Shown: piece by piece, positions 54,940 through 64,000 of the stretch
Numbering within the stretch: the first letter of the stretch is position 1
How the letters are laid out: each line of letters opens with the position of its first letter
Source of the DNA: the human T2T-CHM13v2.0 reference genome, Homo sapiens
Length of the DNA: 64,000 bases
NCBI RefSeq assembly: GCF_009914755.1
Contig: NC_060928.1
Reading direction: 5' to 3' (one strand)
Position numbers and translations under genes: made by a program
Notes under the pieces: model-generated
Databases searched by the model: none
What the model was told of the DNA's origin: nothing
The model's input: only the letters and a program-made list of their open reading frames with translations

Positions 54940-55161
54940 TTCTTTTTTGAAATAATTTATTTTTAATTTTTGTGGTTACATAGTAGGTATATATATTTAC
55001 AGGGTACACAAGATGTTTTTTGATACAGGCATGCAATGTGTAATAATCACATGGAAATGGAGTATCCATCCCCTCAAGCATTTATCCTTTGTGTTACAAA
55101 CCATCCAATTACATTCTCTTAGTTATTTTTAAATGTGCAATTAAATTATTATTGACTATAG
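54940..55161 (-). mobile_element. L1MA (2/3-like) 3' end
   Basis: 'tacatagtaggtatatatatttacagggtaca..tgatacaggcatgcaatgtgtaataatcacat..tccatcccctcaagcatttatcc'. Confidence 0.88.
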
Positions 55162-55699
55162 ATTAATCTGCATAGGCTCATACACTATGATGCACTACTT
55201 TTACCTCCAGGAGTATCTCCTAAAGAAAATTACAGATTCAGAAAACATTATTCACAAAAATATAAATTGTATATAATTTATAATATCAATGCTGTGTGCA
55301 GGTAAACAATCTAAATCTTAAACAATAAGAAAAAGTTATGACGTATTTAAAATAATACATATATTTTATATAAAATATATAATACCATGGAAATTTTCAA
55401 TGTTAGATTTAAAAGAACAAGTACACTTTGAATATAAACCTACACAAAACAGGAAAATATGAACAGTGATTGAACAGTGATTGACTTTGAGTGATAAAAC
55501 TCAGTGATTTTTTTTTCCCCTTCTTTCCAGTTTCCTATATTTTCCAGGTCTTCTATAATAATTATATAATATTTTATAAGCACATAATTCCCTGTATTAA
55601 GTCTCTTTCTACTTAGAAAATTCCTGATGAATACATTTGGGTTCCAGTTTGTTGGTTTTGTTTTGTTTTGTTTATTTTCTCCTGACACATAGTCACTGG

Positions 55700-55915
55700 C
55701 GTTTATTGAGTACTTACAATATTCCAGGCACTGTTTTGCTGTGTGGTCTTAGGCAAATTTCTTAAACTTTCTGACCTTCATTTTCCTCATTTGTAAGTAA
55801 GAATAATTTTCATCATCTATAAAATGAGGATTAAATAAGTTAATACATGAATACACCCAAGAATCATGTCTGACAATATCATAAGCACTCAGCACATATA
55901 GACACATTTATTATT
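55700..55915. mobile_element. MIR with adjacent L2/MIR tail fragment
   Basis: 'gtgtggtcttaggcaaatttcttaaactttctgaccttcattttcctcatttgtaa'. Confidence 0.75.
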
Positions 55916-56659
55916 ATGTCCATATATTACTTTGTCATATTTTGCTGCTTATGCTGTTGGTTCTTTGCATCCAAGAATCTAAGACGCATTTTTGGTCCCC
56001 TTAATACTTTCTTTTATAGATTTTAAACCAAGACAATTCTTACATGGTTCTTTTCCTTTTCATGATTTAATAGCATTGTCAAGAAATGGGGCAATGCCTT
56101 GAGAGGACACATCTTTAGCAGGTCAATTTTATCAACAAGGGCAGACAGCCCATTTCCTGCATATTTCCTTCTATATTGCAGTACAAGAATATTATTAAGA
56201 ACGGGGAGTTTCCGTAGCCTTGGGAATAGGACCAATTCCCAGATATTTAATTTAGTTCTGGTCTCATCTAAATTGAAATTTTGTCATAGCATTTTTCTCA
56301 TAGTAACTGTTTAGAGGAATTCCTTTCCAATTTGTTTTTATTTATTATGAAGTCAGGCCAAACCACACAGGTCTTCACGGCTGTTCTTGTTAGCAGTTAT
56401 TGGTGACATTATTAAATCACTAACACACATTATTTTGAGATTGGGGACCCTATCACTCAACCCATGTAGTGTCCTCTCCCATTATTTGGATAAATTCTTC
56501 TGAAAAAAACTGAAGAAAAATAATACGGCCATTAGCATGCATGAGTCAGATACTTTTAAACTGGAAAGCAATGCAGCAATGAAAGTACTTTCAGGAAGGG
56601 AAGAGAAGAGATTTTATTGCTCCCATATGATATCTGTGCTGCTGTATGGCACCTAAGAG

Positions 56660-56960
56660 TTTTTGTTTTTCTTTTTTTTTTATTTGGAGACAGAGTCTTG
56701 CTCTGTCCCGCAGGTTGGCGCTATGGATATCGGCTCACTGCAACCTCCGCCTCCCTGGTTCAAGCAATTATCCTGCCTCAGCCTCCCGAGTAGCTGGGAC
56801 TAGGCGAACGCCGCTACGCCCGGCTAATTTTTTGTATTTTAGTAGAGACAGGGTTTCACTGTGTTGCTCAGGCTTGTCTGTAGTTCCTGAGCTCAGGCCA
56901 TCCGCCCGCCTCAGCCTCCCAAAGTGCTAGGGTTACAGGAGTGAGCCACCACGCCCGGCC
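56660..56960 (-). mobile_element. AluS
   Basis: Full dimer ending cgcccggcc. Confidence 0.93.
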
Positions 56961-56961
56961 T

Positions 56962-57254
56962 ATTTTTTGGTTTCTTTTTCTGAGACAGGGTCTCGCCCTG
57001 TTGCCCAGGCTGAATCACGCGACCTCAGCTCACTGCAACCTCAGCCTCCCGGGTTCAGATTCTCATGTCTCAGCCTCCTGTGTAGCTGGGACTACAGGCA
57101 CACACCACCACGCCCTGCTAATTTTTGTATTTTTAGTAGAGACAGGGTTTCGCCAAGTTGGCCAGGTAGATCTCGAACTCCTGACCTCAGGTGATCCGCC
57201 AGCCTCGACCTCCCAAAGTGCTGAGATTACAGACATGAGCCACCACACCTGGCC
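56962..57254 (-). mobile_element. AluS, head-to-tail with the preceding Alu
   Basis: Full dimer ending acacctggcc. Confidence 0.93.
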
Positions 57255-57652
57255 GTTTTTGTTTGTTTTTTGTCTCTCCTGAATTATATACTTTTCTTTA
57301 CTAGCTAAAGATTAATTTTTCCTTTTCTCAGAAATCCTGGCTTTGATTTTTTAAATTACTTTGGAATTTTTAAAAATAGCTCCAAAGCTCCAAATGAATC
57401 TGTAAGTCCCTTAAGTTCAGTGGTGGGTTCTATGCAGCTTGGTGATTTATACATGCAGCATTGGGTTTTACTGGGGGCCTGTGACTTCCCCTTACTAATA
57501 ATTTCCTTGATGTGGCTCATATTCACTTACAATCATTTAGGTCCACAGTTCTCATTCCTCATTCTGGTTTTGTCTTAGAAAAACAAGTAACAGAAAATGA
57601 TTATTTTTATGGGAAAAAAATTACTCTTAGTCCCAGTTTTTAGAGATGATCG

Positions 57653-58052
57653 TGGATATGGTTTGGCTCTGGGTCCCCACCCAAATCTCATGTCAAATTA
57701 TAATCCCCAATGTTGGAGGTAGGGCCTGGTAAGAGGTGACTGAATCTTAGAGGTGGATTTTTCATGAATGGTTTAGCACGATGCCTTGGTGCTGTTCTCA
57801 TGATGGTGAGATCTCATGGGTTGTTTCAAAGTGTGTAGCACCTTCCACCTCACTCTCTCTCTCTTGCTTCTACTCTGGCCACGTGATGTGTGTGCACCTG
57901 CTTCACCTTCTGCTGTGATTAAGTTTCCTGAGGCTTCCCTAGCCATGCTTCTTATATAGCCTATGGAACTATGAGCCAATTAAACCTCTTTTCTTTATAA
58001 ATTTCCCAGTCTCCAGTACTTCTTTATAGCAAGGCAAGAACAGACTAATAGT
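57653..58052 (+). mobile_element. MSTA-type MaLR solo LTR
   Basis: 'gatatggtttggctct..atccccaatgttggaggt.gggcctgg..catgaatggtttagcac..gccaattaaacctctttt..gactaata'. Confidence 0.9.
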
Positions 58053-59057
58053 AAGTCATTAAGTCAAATCATCTCCCAAAAGGTTACTTATCCAAGCTAT
58101 GAATGTGCACGTACATGTAAAAATAACCAGCGGTTAACAGTAAAACAGTTTAAAAACTATATAACCTGATGTTTGGCAAAAAACAATAAGAAGGTGGTGA
58201 AGTAGTTGGAGATTTGTGAAATTTATGAATGGGATTTTTCCTCTAAAGGCTTTAGAGAGAAAAATCATAAATATACTGGTTCTTTTTATCATTTTTCTTT
58301 GTTAAACTAATTTTAAAGTAGTTTCTTCATATCTCAAGACAATCTTGTAAAATGTTCATTTCTGACAGTCTTAAAGATTAAAGGGACTACTGAAAGATAA
58401 GAAGTGAGTTTTCTTAGAAGAATGGGAAGAAGATAAGATATTTAATAGATACATTGGTAAATATGGGGGATTAGCTAAGATAATTAAGTTGAATGTTATT
58501 CAGCTCCCTGATATCTGATATGATTGATAATGAAAGGAAGGCTAAGAGCGGGCAGAGATCTCAATAGTCACTAGATGCAAAGAGCAGACCACACAGCTAA
58601 GATGAGAAGAGATGAGGCATGCAGGGAAGAACTGGCACAGACATATGCAAGTCTGATGTTAAGTACTCTATAGTCACATAGATTTAGACTGGAAGCTGGG
58701 AAGTTTTCAAACAAGCTATTCTTGACTAATCTATGCTGCAGTGGGGGGAAAAATTACAAGTTCAGGAGGTTTTTCTTGTTAATAACTTTGGTCCCGACAC
58801 TTTGATGTCTATGCATGCTATTTGCTTATTTTGATAGCTACTATGTTCTATATTGAAAGCATTTGTCATTGTCAATACTCAGACTTTTCTTTCTGTGTAG
58901 AATATTGGGTATTTAGTGGATTGGGAAGAGTTATTTGGGGGAATTTTTAATAGCAGATAGTTCTCAAAATTTTTGCTGGAGATTTCCTCCACATTCAACC
59001 AAAATTTATCTATATATACATTTTACAAAAAGAGTCAAAAGGACGTTAAAACTGAGT

Positions 59058-59710
59058 AGACACCCTTGTGTACTGTTGCTGGGAATGTAAAATGGTGCAG
59101 TCACTATGAAAAATAGTATAGTGGTTCCTCAAAAAATTAACAATAGAACTACCATTTGATCCAGATATTCCACTTCTGCGTATATGCCAAAACAACAACT
59201 GAAAGCAATCTCTTGAAGAGATATTTGTACACCCGTGTTTGTAGCAGCATTATCCACAATAGCCAAAGGTGAAAGCAACCAAAATGCCCACCAACTGATG
59301 AATGGATAAACAACACGTGGTATATAAATACAATGGAATATTCATTCAGCCTTAAAAGAAAGATAATTCTGACACATACTACAACATGGATGAACCTTGA
59401 GGACATTGCACTGAGACAAGTAGGCCAGTCACATAAAGAAAACCTGTATGATACCACAGATATGAGTTATCTGGAGTAGTCAAACTTATAAAAGCAGAAG
59501 GTATAATGGTGGTTGCCTGAAGCTGGGGGGGAGAGAGAAATGGGGAGTTGTTGTAAGGGTTTTAGTTTTGCAAAATGAAAAAGTTATGGAGGGTAATTGC
59601 ACAACAATGTGAATATGCTTAACACTACTGAACACTTAAAAATGATTAAGAAGGCGAATTTTATATTACATGTATTTTACTGCAATTTTTTTGACAACAA
59701 CAAAGAAAAA
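59058..59710 (+). mobile_element. L1MB 3' end
   Basis: 'gctgggaatgtaaaatggtgcag..tcttgaagagatatttgtacaccc..caacatggatgaaccttgaggacatt..ttgcacaacaatgtgaat..actgaac'. Confidence 0.9.
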
Positions 59711-61221
59711 CTGAATGGGTGAAATGAAGAAGTGATCTAAAATAAGTTAGAGATTTGTTCTCCTATATCAACATTGACAATTCAAATGTTATCTGTGTAG
59801 AGTTTTTTTCTTTAAAAGACTACATTATGTGGTATATTCTCCTAGAATTAAACTACTTTGTAACATTTACTGAGTAAAGCCTTAATAGTATCTTTGGCAA
59901 AATTCTTAAATATTTTTAGGGTCAAATAGTAGAATACTGAACCACCAACTTTGTGTAATGCTGATGGTAAGATATTTACATTTGGGCATTTGAACTGAAT
60001 TATCAAGTACTTTGCACAAATAAAGTTTGTAATCTATATAGCCTATTTTTTTTGCAATACATAGAAAGTTTAAATTTAATAAAAGTACTGAATGATTAAA
60101 AATCAGAGACATTTCCATTGTTATGAAAATTGATTGATTATGGTAAGTTCAAAACAGCAACAGTATTTCATAGACAGACCTCTGAGTTTTAACCATTTTC
60201 TGTTTACATCTTTCTTCTCCTTTGAGGTAAAAGTTATGTCATCGGAAAAAAAAGATATAGATAAAATAATTTAGAATTATAGTTAATTTTATATTCCCCG
60301 ATTTGGAGAAAATACAAAATTCTTATTCTAGATTCATCTAAACAGAACAATTATAAACTATAAATTCTACTCAGATTACTTCATTTTCATTTAATCTCGG
60401 AAGATCTTTAATTACAACTATTTTTGAAAAATATAAAATACTTAGGAAAAAATATATAATTGAAACATCAGACAAAACCAGTTCTTAAATAGTTCTTAAG
60501 AAAATACTGTGGAAAGGGAAAAATAAAATTCAAATATTTCCTTTCTAACTGAGTATGCATTACCTTTTCAAAATTGAAATAATGAAGTAATGAACGTGCA
60601 AATCAAATTTGTAATTAATTAGCTGAAGTAAAAGCTTCATTGCAGATATGCTACATTTTTTGCATAGGTGTTGTTTAGCCTATTACCAAAATGCCAAAAT
60701 ATTTTGTGTAAAATAATCTATTATTTGCCTCTTCCCAAATGCATTCTAAGAGTAGATGCTCTATAAATACATAAGATGACAAAACAAATAAATCTTTTAA
60801 CTATAGCTCTCTCTCTCCCCCTACCTCTTACACATTGTCTTTTTTCTGAAAAAGGTCTTAACTTCTTTATGCATGGTGGCACCAATAATCTTTTTTTCAT
60901 TTCAGGGACCTTATCTATAAGGTATTGCCCACATAACTTTGATATATGAGCCTTTTATAGAAAGAAGAACACACCCATGCACAATCCTAAACCTGGGAAA
61001 AAGCTTTCCACAAGGCACACAGGGCACTAGGTCTGGGGCTGTTTACTACTCCATAAGGGGCCATGCCATGGTGAATACATAGGTGCTGTGTTCTAGATGA
61101 AGACTTGGTGTTTTGTTTCTTTTTTGTTTCTAATATTTTCTCCAGAACTATTATACATTCAAAGCTATCCTGAAAATATATACAGTTGCCCCTTGAACAA
61201 CAGGGGTTTGAACTGTGCAGG

Positions 61222-61380
61222 TCCCCTTATGCATGGATTTTCTTCTGTCTCTGCCACCCCTGAGACAGCAAGACCAACTCCTCTTCTTCTTCCTTCTCCT
61301 CAGCCTACCCAACATGATGATAAGGATGATGACCTTCATGATGATCCACTTCCACTTAATAAACAGCAAATATATTTTCC
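61222..61380 (+). mobile_element. Tigger2a-like fragment
   Basis: TA|cagttgcccttgaacaac..tttgaactg..ctgccacccctgagacagcaagaccaac..gatgatccacttccactta. Confidence 0.85.
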
Positions 61381-61587
61381 CACTGAATTGGTTGCCATGT
61401 TTCTTAAGTGTCTCTTAATATTCAGGATTCCCTTTCCACTTCTTTTTATCCTTATAATTTATTTATTGAAAAAAATCAAGCCCTTGGTCCTGAGGAATTT
61501 CCCATCGTTTGGATTTTGCCAATTGTATTCCTGCTGTGTCCTTTAATATATTCTCCAATCCCTTTATATCCCATAAATCTGTAGTTA

Positions 61588-62582
<995 letters not shown>

Positions 62583-62595
62583 GTTATACCTAAAG

Positions 62596-62928
62596 CTGGG
62601 GTCCCCAACCCCTAGGCAGCGGACCAGTACCCATGTGTGGCCTGTTAGGAACCTGGCCACAGCAGGAGGCGAGCAGCAGGTGAGTAAGGATTACCACCTG
62701 AGCTCTGCCTCCTGTCAGATCAGCAGTGCCATTAGATTCTGATAGGAGCCAAACTCTATTGTGAACTACACATGTGAGGGATCTAGATTTTGCGCTCCTT
62801 ATGAGAATCTAATGCCTGGTGATCTGAGGTAAAATAGTCTCATCCCGAAACCATCCCTCCCCAGCCCCCATGGAAAAATTGTCTTCCATGTAACTGGCCC
62901 CTGGTGCCAAAAAGTTTGGGGACCACTT
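62596..62928 (+). mobile_element. MER1B (hAT-Charlie)
   Basis: Ends ctggggtcccca / tggggaccactt; 8-bp TSD acctaaag/atctaaag. Confidence 0.9.
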
Positions 62929-64000
62929 ATCTAAAGAAATGATTAAATTCAGATTCAATGCATTTGACAAGAATACTTCATAGGTGGTGATGTGTCTTCC
63001 TATCAGGAAACACATAATAAGTGATCATCACTCTTTGTGTGATGTTATAAGCCTGTAATGGTTTGATCCATTAATTCATTAGGAGTTGCAAAAGGGTGAC
63101 ATTCTAATTCTTTTTTTCTTTTTATATTAGCAAAAAATATATTTTATCTATTTATTTTTTTCCCAGCTATTTCCCAAATAACTTATGATGCTTTGCATAT
63201 TCAAGGAATACAAATAAGACATCCAGAGATAGAACCAGCTGAAATCATACTAGAAGCAATTAAACATGGTTTCAATAATTCTGTTCCTTTCTTAGATGGA
63301 CTTTTTTGTGCTCCAGAGATAATTGTGAAATGCCTATAGTCAAATGCTATCAAAAGGGACTGATTTAGTGTGTTCTACTAGGACACGAAGAGATTGACAA
63401 TTTTCTGGAATTTAACTAGAGACTTAAAATATTTATGTTTCTCCAGTGTAAAGAATATAGAAAATGTCTTTATAGGCCTGCTAAGTAGAAAGTTATCCTT
63501 AACATTTCCACTTGCAGTCAAAATATATACATGACATATGCCAAGTAGATTAAAAAAATTTAAGAATATCTTATATTCTTTAGTTGTAAAGTATTGCCCC
63601 TATCACTCTGGTAAAAACCTCAAAATACCCAGAATAAGAGTTGCACTTAATAGTACATTCTTGTTGTGTAAGGATTAACCAGCAAATTTTAGATATGTTT
63701 GTTTCTGTGTATTTATAATCCATTACATTTCAGAACTCATAGCTAAGTATCACCCGTAATAACTAGCGTATATTCTACATGATCTTATGGCAATCAGCCA
63801 ACACCAATGTATAAACATCAAAGAAATTTCCTCACCATAGGTATGTACTTAAACATAGAAATCCATATCTCCAGATCAATAGTGTATCCTGGCCCCTCTT
63901 GCTCTCTCCTTGAGATGTAAATTAGGAAATTCAAATGAAACAGAAAGAACTAAGCAACTAGTGGCTGGGCCTCCATACCAGCTGCTGAGCCTGGGGCAGC

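Noticed and set aside
61097-61546. 149-aa ORF with hydrophobic ends resembling a membrane protein
   Set aside because: Spans Tigger2a and L1 fragments; hydrophobicity reflects T-rich sequence

Overview
This is AT-rich, CpG-depleted human non-coding DNA (large intron or intergenic). The species call rests on a human-specific AluYb9 at 19264-19567. No protein-coding exon, RNA gene, CRISPR array or operon can be supported. The ORF track consists of repeat-derived or chance ORFs; the only protein homologies I recognise are dead retroelement remnants: ERV-L protease/RT/RNaseH/dUTPase at ~1.5-4.3 kb (minus) and L1 ORF2 at ~6.1-6.6 kb and ~42.6 kb. A large share of the window is interspersed repeats (15 Alus plus a FLAM, L1, L2, MIR, MaLR/ERV LTRs, Tigger and hAT MITEs), often nested and with readable TSDs. 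Subfamily names are from recall of consensus sequences and need RepeatMasker/Dfam confirmation. Most notable: a consensus-like AluYb9 with no TSD (candidate insertion-mediated deletion), a ~110 bp micro-inversion inside a Tigger element, a tiny twin-primed L1, two candidate non-coding minus-strand exons, and a repeat-poor, Sox-motif-rich block at ~37-40.7 kb. I found no evidence for a new biological system.
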